From: Trueperaceae bacterium
GTDB taxonomy: Bacteria > Deinococcota > Deinococci > Deinococcales > Trueperaceae
Assembly: GCA_965215565.1 (NCBI GenBank)
Contig: CBDCDZ010000004.1
Span: 2,240,001-2,304,000 of the forward strand
Length of the DNA stretch: 64,000 nt
Reading direction: 5' to 3'
The translations under genes were made by a program, and so were the position numbers. Within the stretch, counting starts at the first letter, position 1; every line of letters begins with the position of its first letter. The notes beneath the pieces were generated by a model. The model was not told the origin of the DNA and ran no database searches. It was given only the letters and a program-made list of their open reading frames with translations. Positions 40,889-49,984 of the stretch are shown piece after piece.

Positions 40889-42019
40889 ATGCCAGATAAG
40901 CTCGAGCAGCGCTTAGAGGAACTCTCCACCTTGAACGCGGTAGGCGACATCTTAAACGCCGAAGGGGACTTTTCGGTAGCCGTTGAACAAGCTCTGGAAC
41001 GCCTCGTGGACCTCTTGGATTTGAAAGCGGGGTGGGTCTTTCTGACCCGCGTCTCGCAGGGCGACAGTCACAGAGGAAGTTTTCGAGTTGCTGCGGTGAC
41101 TGGGCTTCCCCCGGCACTAAGTCGTGACAACGCTGCACCTCTTTGCGGCGGCCTTTGTGACTGTCAGTGGCTCTTTAAGCAGGGCAAGTTGGACAAGGGC
41201 GTCAACATGGTGCACTGTAGCCGCTTAGAAGCGGCGACGGAGGATAAAGAGGGCTTGGAGCTTCACACCAGTATGCCGCTCTTGGGGCAGCGCGGTCCGG
41301 TGGGCATTCTCAACCTCGCCGCAACGGGGGAGGGGCGCTTCGACGCGGACACGCTCGCTTTTTTGACGACGGTGGGGCGGCAGTTGGGCACCGCGTTCGA
41401 GCGCTCCAAGCTGCAAACCGAACGGGAGCGAGAGGCGCGCTACGCCGCGACGCTAGAGGAGCGCCAACGCCTCGCCACCGAGATGCACGACTCGGTGGCG
41501 CAGCTTCTCTTCGGGGCGGAGTTGTCCCTCAGGGTGGCGCAAGAGGGACGGGGCGAGCAGCGCGAGCGTTCTTTAGTGAGGAGCAGCGAACTCGTGAGCA
41601 GCGCGCTGGGCGAACTGCGCGGCTTAGTCGAGGTCTTGCGCCCCGCCGACCTCTCGCAGGGCTTACCGAGTGCGCTCTCGCGTTTAGCGCAGCGCACGCA
41701 GGAGACGGGCGTGAGGGTGCACCTCGAGACCGAACCTCTCACCTTTTCGGACGCTCACGCCGAAGCCCTCTACCGCGCCGCCCAAGAAGCCCTCCACAAC
41801 GCGCTCAGGCACGCGGGCGCAGAAAATATCTGGATTCGTCTGCTGCGCGTCGGGCAAGAGGTCAAGCTGAGCATCGAGGATGACGGTCGAGGGCTAGATG
41901 AAGTTGAGTATGGACTTGGGCTCAGGAGCATAAAAGCGAGGGCTGAGTCACTTAGTGGGAGGCTCGAGCTGACCTCTTCTCAAGGTTTGCACCTCGAGGT
42001 CACCCTTCCTCATGGCTGA
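40889..42019 (+). CDS. GAF-domain sensor histidine kinase (HisKA_3), YhcY/AirS-like
   Basis: Cys-rich GAF (LCGGLCDC...HCSRL); ERQRLATEMHDSVAQ H-box; EALHNALRHA; DDGRG. Confidence 0.9.
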   Translation: MPDKLEQRLEELSTLNAVGDILNAEGDFSVAVEQALERLVDLLDLKAGWVFLTRVSQGDSHRGSFRVAAVTGLPPALSRDNAAPLCGGLCDCQWLFKQGKLDKGVNMVHCSRLEAATEDKEGLELHTSMPLLGQRGPVGILNLAATGEGRFDADTLAFLTTVGRQLGTAFERSKLQTEREREARYAATLEERQRLATEMHDSVAQLLFGAELSLRVAQEGRGEQRERSLVRSSELVSSALGELRGLVEVLRPADLSQGLPSALSRLAQRTQETGVRVHLETEPLTFSDAHAEALYRAAQEALHNALRHAGAENIWIRLLRVGQEVKLSIEDDGRGLDEVEYGLGLRSIKARAESLSGRLELTSSQGLHLEVTLPHG

Positions 42020-42632
42020 GACTTCCAAAACCCGCCTCGTCATCGTAGACGACCACCCCGTCGTGCGCGAAGGGCTCAAGGCATTTTTGGAGCTGCAATT
42101 CGAAGTCGCGGGCGAAGCAGGGGACGCGGTTTCCGGGCTCGAGCTAGTACGCAAAACGCAGCCCGAACTCGTACTTTTAGACGTGCAACTCCCCGGTGAG
42201 AACGGGCTGCGGCTCCTCCCCAAGCTCCTAAATTTAGACCCACCCCCCAAAGTTCTCGTGCTGACGAGCTTTTTAGAAGAGGACTATCTGCGCGAGGCGT
42301 TGCGGCTAGGCGCGTCGGGCTTTTTAGTCAAACATTCGGCACCGGATAGACTCGCGGACGCCCTGCGCGCCGCTCTAAGAGGTGAATTACCACTCGATCC
42401 AGAAGCGGTGAGAATGCTCGCACAACCGTTCGACGACCCGTTGGGGAGTCTGACCTTCAGAGAGCGCGAGGTCTTGGGTCATCTCGCCGAGGGCGTGAGC
42501 AACAAGCGCATCGCGTCAGTCTTAGGTATTGCTGAAAAAACAGTCAAGGTGCATGTGAGCAGCATTCTCGCTAAGTTAAACGTGAAAGACAGGGTGCAAG
42601 CGGCGCTGTATGCGAGGGAGAGAAGGTTATAG
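42012..42632 (+). CDS. NarL/LuxR-family response regulator
   Basis: VDDHPVVREG, LLDVQLP; LuxR HTH EKTVKVHVSSILAKL. Confidence 0.95.
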   Translation: MAETSKTRLVIVDDHPVVREGLKAFLELQFEVAGEAGDAVSGLELVRKTQPELVLLDVQLPGENGLRLLPKLLNLDPPPKVLVLTSFLEEDYLREALRLGASGFLVKHSAPDRLADALRAALRGELPLDPEAVRMLAQPFDDPLGSLTFREREVLGHLAEGVSNKRIASVLGIAEKTVKVHVSSILAKLNVKDRVQAALYARERRL

Positions 42633-42633
42633 A

Positions 42634-42686
42634 AGCAATGAGCAACGAGCAATGAGCAAAACCCTTTAGACTCATTGCTCATTGCT
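42634..42686. repeat. GAGCAAT/ATTGCTC heptamer-repeat hairpin
   Basis: AGCAATGAGCAACGAGCAATGAGC...ACTCATTGCTCATTGCT. Confidence 0.8.
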
Positions 42687-42782
42687 ATTAAACGCGCCAA
42701 CCTTCCCCGCAAACTGTAACGTCCTCAACGCCCTCCACTGGTTGTGGTATGACTAGAGCAACCTCTCGAGGAGACCTTACCT

Positions 42783-43325
42783 ATGCCCACACATTCCGTG
42801 ACCATCGGCAGCGAACAGCGCGACCTTCCTATCATCAACGTCGGCGACGTGTCCGTAGCGCTGCTCAATCTCTTGGGCGACACCAAGCTCACCGAAGCGG
42901 CGGCGGACGAACTCCTCAAGCAGATGCCCGAGAACGTGGACACTTTCGTCACGCCCGAGGTTAAAGCCGTACCTCTTGCCCACGCCATGAGCGCGCGCAC
43001 AGGGATTCCTTACGTCGTTGCCCGTAAGACGGAAAAGCCCTATATGATAGGCGCGGTCAGCAAGAGCGTCGTCTCGATCACCACAGGCAAGCCGCAGAAC
43101 TTGGTCATCGACGGCTCGAACAAGCCGCAGATCGAGGGTCAGCGCGTCGCCATTGTGGACGACGTGGTGAGCACGGGAGAGACCTTGCGCGTGTTGAGCG
43201 AACTTATCGACGAGATGGGCGGGAAAGTTGTGGCGACGTTTGCCGTGCTGACCGAAGGCGACGAGCGGGACGACGTGATTACGCTCGGGCATCTGCCGCT
43301 CTACCCTGAAGATGCAGGTCAATGA
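42783..43325 (+). CDS. Purine phosphoribosyltransferase (adenine/xanthine PRT-like)
   Basis: PRPP-binding motif VAIVDDVVSTGET; VARK. Confidence 0.88.
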   Translation: MPTHSVTIGSEQRDLPIINVGDVSVALLNLLGDTKLTEAAADELLKQMPENVDTFVTPEVKAVPLAHAMSARTGIPYVVARKTEKPYMIGAVSKSVVSITTGKPQNLVIDGSNKPQIEGQRVAIVDDVVSTGETLRVLSELIDEMGGKVVATFAVLTEGDERDDVITLGHLPLYPEDAGQ

Positions 43326-43434
43326 TTTAGCTAGGCCTAACTAAGTGGCAGTGCAGCACACGTTAACCGCTGATGTGGCGCTAGTGTGGAGGTGGGTTGC
43401 AAACCCACCTCTTCATCATTTCAGAGGAGATACC

Positions 43435-44610
43435 ATGCGCTCAACCCTCGTCAAAGGCACGCTGCTTGTGACAAGTACGCTCACGGTGATGTCGGGGGCG
43501 ACGATTTCTCCCTCGTTACCCGCAATTCAGGCGTACTTTTCGGACGTGCCCAACGCTGACTACTGGGTGCGCTTGGTCTTGACGATGCCCGCGCTTTTTA
43601 TCGTTATCGGCGCGCCTATCGCGGGCGTACTCACGGATAGTTGGGGGCGCAAAGGCTTACTGACCGTGTCGGTGGTCCTCTACGGACTCGCGGGCGCGTC
43701 GGGAGTTGTGCTAGATACACTGTGGGCGCTTCTCGCCGGACGTGCGCTTTTAGGTTTGGCGGTGGCGGGCGTTATGACGACAGTTACAACGCTTTTCACC
43801 GACTACTATAAGGGCGACGAACGCGCCCAGCTTTTAGGTTTACAGGCGACCTTTATGAGTTTGGGTGGCGTGCTCTTTCTATCCTTGGGGGGCGTACTGG
43901 CTGACCTGAGTTGGCGTTTTCCCTTCCTCATCTACCTCTTCGCGTTTGTCCTCTTGCCCTTTATCGCTTTCGCGCTGTACGAACCGGAGCGGCAGACAAA
44001 TAGTAGCAGTGACGCACCTCTTTCACACCTTCCGTGGCGACTGCTGAGCATCATCTACGGGGTGGCGCTCGTCATGCAAGTGGTGTTCTACACCGTGCCC
44101 GTGCAGCTTCCCTTTTATTTAGGGCAGCTCCTCAGCGCCAGCGCTACGCAGAGCGGCTTAGCCATCGCCGCCGTGACGGTTTTTAGCGCCGTCGCTTCCA
44201 CCTTTTACGGCAGATTCCAAAAGCGCTTCGGCTTCGTCGTTATCCTCGTCGTGTCTTTAGCCGTGATGGGCGCGGGGTACATGGTGATTGGGGCGGGCAG
44301 CGGCTACCTCACTATCATGACGGGGCTCGCCTTGGGCGGCGTCGGGCTCGGGCTGATGATGCCGAACCTCAACACGTGGCTCTCGGAGCGCGTACCTGAC
44401 CAGCTTAAAGGACGCGCCCTCGGCGGGCTGACGCTCTTTTTTTTCTTGGGGCAGTTTCTGTCGCCTATCGCCACGCAGCCGCTCGCCAATGAGGTGGGTC
44501 TGGCGCTGATGTACGTAGCGGGCGGCGGCTCGCTCATTCTCCTAGCCGTGCTCTTCGCACTTTTGCGGCAGCCTGTCATGCGGGTAGCAAGAGCGGCTGA
44601 AGGAAGATAA
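43435..44610 (+). CDS. MFS transporter
   Basis: GAGGAG SD; GVLTDSWGRK motif A; ~12 TM. Confidence 0.9.
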   Translation: MRSTLVKGTLLVTSTLTVMSGATISPSLPAIQAYFSDVPNADYWVRLVLTMPALFIVIGAPIAGVLTDSWGRKGLLTVSVVLYGLAGASGVVLDTLWALLAGRALLGLAVAGVMTTVTTLFTDYYKGDERAQLLGLQATFMSLGGVLFLSLGGVLADLSWRFPFLIYLFAFVLLPFIAFALYEPERQTNSSSDAPLSHLPWRLLSIIYGVALVMQVVFYTVPVQLPFYLGQLLSASATQSGLAIAAVTVFSAVASTFYGRFQKRFGFVVILVVSLAVMGAGYMVIGAGSGYLTIMTGLALGGVGLGLMMPNLNTWLSERVPDQLKGRALGGLTLFFFLGQFLSPIATQPLANEVGLALMYVAGGGSLILLAVLFALLRQPVMRVARAAEGR

Positions 44611-44633
44611 GGACGGGTTTTGAATAGCCAATA

Positions 44634-44791
44634 TAGCGGTTATCAGAAGTATTGGACTGAAATAGTGCAGATTTCACAGCTTTGCTGTAACGGAACTTCA
44701 TCCGACAATGTGCGTGCTAGTCGTTGTTCTATCATGTGAGACTGGCTCAAACCAGCTCCGACCGTAGGGAGACAGACTTTGATACCTGCTA
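44634..44791 (-). mobile_element. MITE-like repeat, family A (TA-flanked, two inserts)
   Basis: Reverse complement of 14661-14771 with inserts around 44676-44698 and 44756-44779. Confidence 0.75.
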
Positions 44792-44984
44792 TATTCAGAA
44801 TTTGGCGGAATCTAGCCTCTCAGAACTAACTTACACATAATAAGCATAGTACACAAAAAACATAGGTTGTAGAGCACTCCCCTTGACACGTTGGAGACGG
44901 GGTTTCTCTATTTTTCTCATCTCGAGTCGTGTCCTGCTGCGGGTTTCTTCCCCGACGTAACGTGAAAATTGGAAGAGGTCAAAA

Positions 44985-44993
44985 TGCTATGAT
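44985..44993 (+). promoter_or_regulatory. Possible extended -10 promoter of dnaG
   Basis: TGCTATGAT about 70 nt upstream of the dnaG ATG. Confidence 0.4.
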
Positions 44994-45063
44994 GTCCTAC
45001 TAATTTCGTAGCCTCTCACCTTGCCCCCCCGCCTCACCTCTCACCCCCAGGAGCCCGCCACCT

Positions 45064-46905
45064 ATGCCCAGCGATGCCAAAGAACGCATCCGCGAACGCC
45101 TCGACATCGCCGAGGTGGTAGGTGAGACGGTTGCTCTCAAACCGTCGGGCAAGGGGCGCTTAAAGGGGCTCTGCCCCTTCCACAGCGAGAAGACGCCCTC
45201 GTTCCACGTCTTACAGGACAAGGGCTTCTACTACTGCTTCGGCTGTCAGGCGAAGGGCGACGTCTTCGACTTCGTGATGCAGACGCAGAACGTCCAGTTT
45301 TATGAGGCGCTCTCGTACTTGGGGCAACGCGCGGGCGTCGAGGTCACGCCCGCGACGCCGCAGACTAACAAACGCCGCGACCTCTTCGACGTGAATAAGG
45401 TGGCGCTGGAGTTTTTCCGCGCCAACCTCTCTGGCGTCGCCGAAAGCTACCTCTTAGACCGTAAGCTCACGCCCGAAAACTTGGAGAAGTTCGAGTTGGG
45501 CTTCGCGCCTGACGGCTGGGACAACCTCTTGAAGTACGCGCTGAATAAGGGTGTGTCTGAGCGCGACCTCTTAGACGCGGGGCTCCTCGCTGAGTCGGAT
45601 TCTGGAAGGCGCTACGACAGGTTCCGCAACCGTGTCATGTTCCCTATCAAGGACTACTTGGGGCGGACGGTGGGCTTTTCGGGGCGTGTGTTAGACGACT
45701 CATTACCGAAATACATGAACACACCCGAAACCGACATTTTCAACAAGGGCGAACTCCTCTACGGCTTAGACCTCGCTAAGAGCGCCATTCGCGACACCGG
45801 CGAGTGCATTGTCGTTGAAGGGTACATGGACGTGATTGCGCTCCACCAGACGGGCTTTGAAAACGCGGTGGCGGCTTTGGGCGCAACCCTAACCGCGGAG
45901 CAAGCCGCGCAACTGAGCCGCTTGGACGTGTCCAAACTCCTCCTAGCCTTCGACGCGGACGAGGCGGGGCAGCGGGCGGTGCTTTCGGGTTTGGAGCAGT
46001 CCGTCGGGCGGCAGTTCTTGGTGCGGGCGGTGCGCGTCCCGCACGGCAAAGACCCCGCCGACGCGGTGCTAGGCGGCTTCATTAAGGAATTTCGAGGTGC
46101 GCTCTCGGGCGGTGTGTCCGAGGTCGAGTTTCGCTTTCAAAGTATGTTGGCGAAGTATGACCGCAACACCGTAGAGGGCAAGAAAGCCATCTTGCAAGAC
46201 CTCTTGCCCGCATTGCAACCCCGTGACGTCTTCGACCCCGTCGCTTCGGAGATGCGCCGCTTAGTCATCGACCACCTCAAGATCGAGGGCTCGAGGCTGG
46301 ACGAGTGGGTCAGTTCCAAGACGCGCCGCCACAGTGGGTCAAGGGGTGCCCTAAACGAAACGCAAGTCAAAGGAATGCAGCGGCAGGGAAGCACGTCGCA
46401 AGTTGCGGTCATCGAGTTAGAGACCATCGCCCTCTTGCTCTTAGAGCCCTACCGCCTCCGCGAACGCTTGCTGACGCTCGAGGCGTCGCTCCCCTCTGAA
46501 GGCGACTCCCTCTTACGCGAATTTCACGCCATCTGCGAAGCCGAAGATTACGACGACCAGCGCGTCTTACTCCACTACCGCGAACGCGACGAAGGGCGCA
46601 TCCTCTTCGAGCGGCTTTTCGCCGAGCGGCGCGACGAGGAGATGCGAATCGATGTGGACGGGCATCTGCAGAAGTCACTCTCACGCTTACGCGAACTCTA
46701 CCTCACGGGCGAAAAGGAGAACCAGCGCAAGAGGCTCTTAGAGCGGATGCAAGAGGTCAGCTCGTACCTGACCGACCCGAATTTGCCCACCGACAAGCTC
46801 CAGCAGTATTACGCCGAACTGAGAGAGATCAACGCGATGCTCTCAGCGAGAGACGCCGAGAGAAGGATGCGGATGCCCGCAGGACACGTGAAGAAGCGGC
46901 GGTAG
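45064..46905 (+). CDS. dnaG: DNA primase
   Basis: CHC2 finger CPFH...CFGC; DRFRNR; KYMNTPET; TOPRIM VEGYMDV, FDADEAG. Confidence 0.97.
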   Translation: MPSDAKERIRERLDIAEVVGETVALKPSGKGRLKGLCPFHSEKTPSFHVLQDKGFYYCFGCQAKGDVFDFVMQTQNVQFYEALSYLGQRAGVEVTPATPQTNKRRDLFDVNKVALEFFRANLSGVAESYLLDRKLTPENLEKFELGFAPDGWDNLLKYALNKGVSERDLLDAGLLAESDSGRRYDRFRNRVMFPIKDYLGRTVGFSGRVLDDSLPKYMNTPETDIFNKGELLYGLDLAKSAIRDTGECIVVEGYMDVIALHQTGFENAVAALGATLTAEQAAQLSRLDVSKLLLAFDADEAGQRAVLSGLEQSVGRQFLVRAVRVPHGKDPADAVLGGFIKEFRGALSGGVSEVEFRFQSMLAKYDRNTVEGKKAILQDLLPALQPRDVFDPVASEMRRLVIDHLKIEGSRLDEWVSSKTRRHSGSRGALNETQVKGMQRQGSTSQVAVIELETIALLLLEPYRLRERLLTLEASLPSEGDSLLREFHAICEAEDYDDQRVLLHYRERDEGRILFERLFAERRDEEMRIDVDGHLQKSLSRLRELYLTGEKENQRKRLLERMQEVSSYLTDPNLPTDKLQQYYAELREINAMLSARDAERRMRMPAGHVKKRR

Positions 46906-46925
46906 AAACGCGCTAGAATGAGGTT

Positions 46926-47471
46926 ATGAGCACGGCAAAAGTCCTTAACTTTATCAGCGTTGACGAATACTTAGAGGGTGAGAAAACCTCTTTCGTCAAG
47001 CACGAATACGTTCACGGGCGTGTATTTGCGTTAGCAGGTGCAAGCGACCACCACAACCGCGTCGCGGGCAACGTCTTCGCTCTCCTCTGGGGCGCAGCGA
47101 AACGCCGAGGTTGCCGCCTCTACATCAGCGATATGAAGGTGCGCATTCCTAATGGACGCTTCTACTATCCTGACGTAATGGCGGTGTGCCAAGATGACCC
47201 GAACAACTACTACAAGGAAAATCCTTGCCTTATCGTTGAGGTGTTGTCGGCTTCAACCCAGAGTACAGACCGCCGCGAAAAAGCTGAGGCGTACTTCTCA
47301 CTTCCTAGCCTGACGGCGTACCTCATGATCGATTCCCAAACATGGCACGTCGAGGGCTACCTTCGCACGCCCGAGGGCTGGAAAGCGCGAACGTGGCGTG
47401 AAACGGAAGAGGTTGAGTTCGGCTGCTTAAAGACCTCTCTAGCATTCTCCGACATCTACGCAAGCCTGTAG
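46926..47471 (+). CDS. Uma2-family endonuclease
   Basis: KHEYVHG, YYPDV, IVEVLS.ST, DRREK. Confidence 0.9.
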   Translation: MSTAKVLNFISVDEYLEGEKTSFVKHEYVHGRVFALAGASDHHNRVAGNVFALLWGAAKRRGCRLYISDMKVRIPNGRFYYPDVMAVCQDDPNNYYKENPCLIVEVLSASTQSTDRREKAEAYFSLPSLTAYLMIDSQTWHVEGYLRTPEGWKARTWRETEEVEFGCLKTSLAFSDIYASL

Positions 47472-47480
47472 AATAGGACT

Positions 47481-48026
47481 ATGAGCACCGCGAAAGTTCT
47501 CAATTTCGTGAGCGTAGAGGAATACTTGGAAGGTGAAAAGACCTCTCCAGTCAAGCACGAGTACGTTCATGGGCGGCTCTTCGCGTTTGCGGGCGCGAGT
47601 GACAGGCATGTGCGCATCGTCATCAACCTAACCAAGCGCTTGGACGACATTAGCCAACAAAAAGGCTGTCAACTCTACACCACCGACATGAAAGTCCGCA
47701 TTCCCGAAGGGCGTTTTTACTATCCTGATTTGCTCGTCACCTGCGAACAGGAAAACGACGCCTATTACAAAGAGCATCCCTGCCTCATTGTGGAGGTCTT
47801 GTCCCCCTCGACATCTGGTATAGACAGACGTGAAAAAGCCGAGGCGTATTTTACTCTGCCGAGTCTGAGCACGTACATTATGATTGACGCGCAGACGCAG
47901 CACGTTGAGGGTTATATCCGCACGCCCGAGGGCTGGAAAGCGCAGACGTGGCGTGACGCGGAAGAGGTTGAATTTGGCTGCCTCGAGACCTCTTTACGCT
48001 TCTCCGATATTTATGTAGGGCTCTAA
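47481..48026 (+). CDS. Uma2-family endonuclease (tandem paralog)
   Basis: Same motifs and identical length (181 aa). Confidence 0.9.
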   Translation: MSTAKVLNFVSVEEYLEGEKTSPVKHEYVHGRLFAFAGASDRHVRIVINLTKRLDDISQQKGCQLYTTDMKVRIPEGRFYYPDLLVTCEQENDAYYKEHPCLIVEVLSPSTSGIDRREKAEAYFTLPSLSTYIMIDAQTQHVEGYIRTPEGWKAQTWRDAEEVEFGCLETSLRFSDIYVGL

Positions 48027-48030
48027 AAAC

Positions 48031-48117
48031 AGTAATGAGTTGAAAGCAACGAGCAATGAGTAAAAATCAAAGCCTTTCCACTCATTGCTCGTTGCTCATT
48101 GCTCGTTGCTCATTGCT
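48031..48117. repeat. GAGCAAT/ATTGCTC heptamer-repeat hairpin between convergent genes
   Basis: AAGCAACGAGCAATGAGT...ACTCATTGCTCGTTGCTCATTGCTCGTTGCTCATTGCT. Confidence 0.85.
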
Positions 48118-48613
48118 AAACTCTCGTTACCTCTTCCACCTTTCCACGCTTCACATCGTAAATCGCTCCGATAATCGGCACATCGTCAGGGATGAGCGCG
48201 GTGTTGCGAAGCTTTTTCACGTCGCTCTCTACGCTCTCCTGCAAATCGGTGAAGGTCAAAAACTCCATGCTCGTGTCCACCCCTAAGTCCTCCTTGATCT
48301 TCACAGCAATATCCTCGTCGGTGGCGCTCATCATGCCGCAGTCCGTGTGCTGGATGACGATGACCTCTTGCGTGCCGAGCATCCGCTGGGAGATGACGAG
48401 CGAGCGGAGCGCGTCCTCGGTGACTCTGCCGCCTGCGTTGCGAATCACGTGGGCGTCGCCTAGTTCTAAACCTAGAAACTTTTCGGGGTGAAGCCGCGCG
48501 TCCATGCAGGTGAGGATGGCAACCTTGCGTTGAGGCGGTGAAGACAACTCACCACTACCAAAATTTTGAGCGTATTGGTGATTAGATTTTAGTAAGTCGT
48601 CAAACATTGCCAT
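48116..48613 (-). CDS. Beta-class carbonic anhydrase
   Basis: TCMDAR, RNAGG, HTDCG. Confidence 0.93.
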   Translation of the reverse strand: MAMFDDLLKSNHQYAQNFGSGELSSPPQRKVAILTCMDARLHPEKFLGLELGDAHVIRNAGGRVTEDALRSLVISQRMLGTQEVIVIQHTDCGMMSATDEDIAVKIKEDLGVDTSMEFLTFTDLQESVESDVKKLRNTALIPDDVPIIGAIYDVKRGKVEEVTRV

Positions 48614-48614
48614 A

Positions 48615-49103
48615 TTACTCCCCTCTCCACGGACCCCAAAAGCGGTCTTCGTCCGGTAGAGGATACCCCGCCGTTTTGAGCGCTAGCAGAATTTGACCTC
48701 TATGATGCGCGTCGTGAATCATCATATGAATGAGAAACGCCTCTGCGCTGGGGTGAGGTAACGTTCCTCTGTCACCTTCCGGTTTACTTTGTACCACCTC
48801 GAGTACCGCCTGCTCCGTTTGGGTCATCACGTCGCGAACTCGCGCCAAGTTTTTTTCGGCGATAAAGGTGTCTGAAAAGTAGGTATCCGCTTCAGCGTTG
48901 TAGAGGTCAGGCAGTGTGTCAAGCTGCGCGTCCAACCTAGAACCCCAATCCTTCATTACACCCGCCATGTGCGCTAAATGTTGCGCCACGCTGTTTTCAC
49001 CGCCGGGCGTCTGCGCGTCCAACATCTCTTCGGTCAGATGATTGAGAAGCTCACGGTTGACCCGCGTGTTCGCTCGCCACGCCTCCGCTATATCGTTAGC
49101 CAT
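48615..49103 (-). CDS. DinB family protein
   Basis: SVAQHLAHM; HDAHHRGQI. Confidence 0.88.
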   Translation of the reverse strand: MANDIAEAWRANTRVNRELLNHLTEEMLDAQTPGGENSVAQHLAHMAGVMKDWGSRLDAQLDTLPDLYNAEADTYFSDTFIAEKNLARVRDVMTQTEQAVLEVVQSKPEGDRGTLPHPSAEAFLIHMMIHDAHHRGQILLALKTAGYPLPDEDRFWGPWRGE

Positions 49104-49121
49104 ACTGGTGCCTCCTTACCT

Positions 49122-49925
49122 CTAGCTTACACTTGAAGAATCTTTGTTAGAGAACTTTCTAGCCAACGCCTCCGCCACCACCTCATCCTCTTCGACCCCG
49201 CGTTGTTTTGCCTGTAAACGGTACGCCTCGATGACCTCAGTGGGAAGTTGCAACAGTACGTAGCGGTGCGTTTTGTCGCGGCTGTGGTAGGTGTAAAGGG
49301 CGTTCACGCCCAAGACCCAAGCCGCGCTGAGCGAGAGACCTGCCAAGATGTCCGAGGGATAGTGAACTTGCAAGTAGAGCCTCGAGGCGCTGATCCCTAA
49401 AACCATCACCGTGCCAACAAGCGCGGCGAGAGGTCGCCAGCGCGGGACGAGGCGCGACACCACCAGATAGACGGACAAGAAAAACGCCATGCTCCCAGTC
49501 GCGTGACCGCTCGGAAAGGAGGGCGAGGCGGTCTGCCAAAAGTCCACGTCGGGGAAGAGGTTGGGGCGGGCCCTCCCAAAGGCGTATTTGGCGAGCAGCA
49601 TGATGAGCGACGCGCCGCCCATACTAAGCGCAAAAAAGACCGCTTCGTGCTTCGCAACGAACCAGAGCCCAAAGGCGGCGAGGACAGACAAGCCGATCAT
49701 GATCTCGACCCCGCCCACTGTGCTCAAGAAGAGCGCGATATTCGTCAAGGTTGGATTGATGAGCGTGTAAAACCAGCTTAAAATCGGCTCGTCAAAGAAG
49801 AAGCCGCCCCGGTCATAGAGGGTGTCCACTAGCTCGATAAAAGCCCAGAGTCCACCTAAAAGTAAGCCCCAGTAGAGGACCAAGCGCCAACTGAGGCGGG
49901 AGAGGAGCGTTTTGAGTGCGTCCAT
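49122..49925 (-). CDS. PAP2 family phosphatase
   Basis: KxxxxRARP, SFPSGH, SRLYLQVHYPSD. Confidence 0.92.
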   Translation of the reverse strand: MDALKTLLSRLSWRLVLYWGLLLGGLWAFIELVDTLYDRGGFFFDEPILSWFYTLINPTLTNIALFLSTVGGVEIMIGLSVLAAFGLWFVAKHEAVFFALSMGGASLIMLLAKYAFGRARPNLFPDVDFWQTASPSFPSGHATGSMAFFLSVYLVVSRLVPRWRPLAALVGTVMVLGISASRLYLQVHYPSDILAGLSLSAAWVLGVNALYTYHSRDKTHRYVLLQLPTEVIEAYRLQAKQRGVEEDEVVAEALARKFSNKDSSSVS

Positions 49926-49984
49926 GAAGAGGTCATCTTACCTTAGCTCGAGCAGCGTTTGACCTTCTTCATACACCCCTGGCT

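Noticed and set aside
44831..44850. Deinococcal RDRM (DdrO) site, and parS elsewhere
   Set aside because: Does not fit the 17-bp TTAYG...CRTAA palindrome; no TGTTTCACGTGAAACA match seen in the window.
28360..48117. Heptamer arrays or MITE copies as CRISPR
   Set aside because: No regularly spaced 23-47 bp repeats with unique spacers and no cas genes.
48056..48286. ORF MSKNQSLSTHCSLLIARCSLL, and 34218..34634 minus
   Set aside because: Translations of the heptamer repeats, antisense to real genes.
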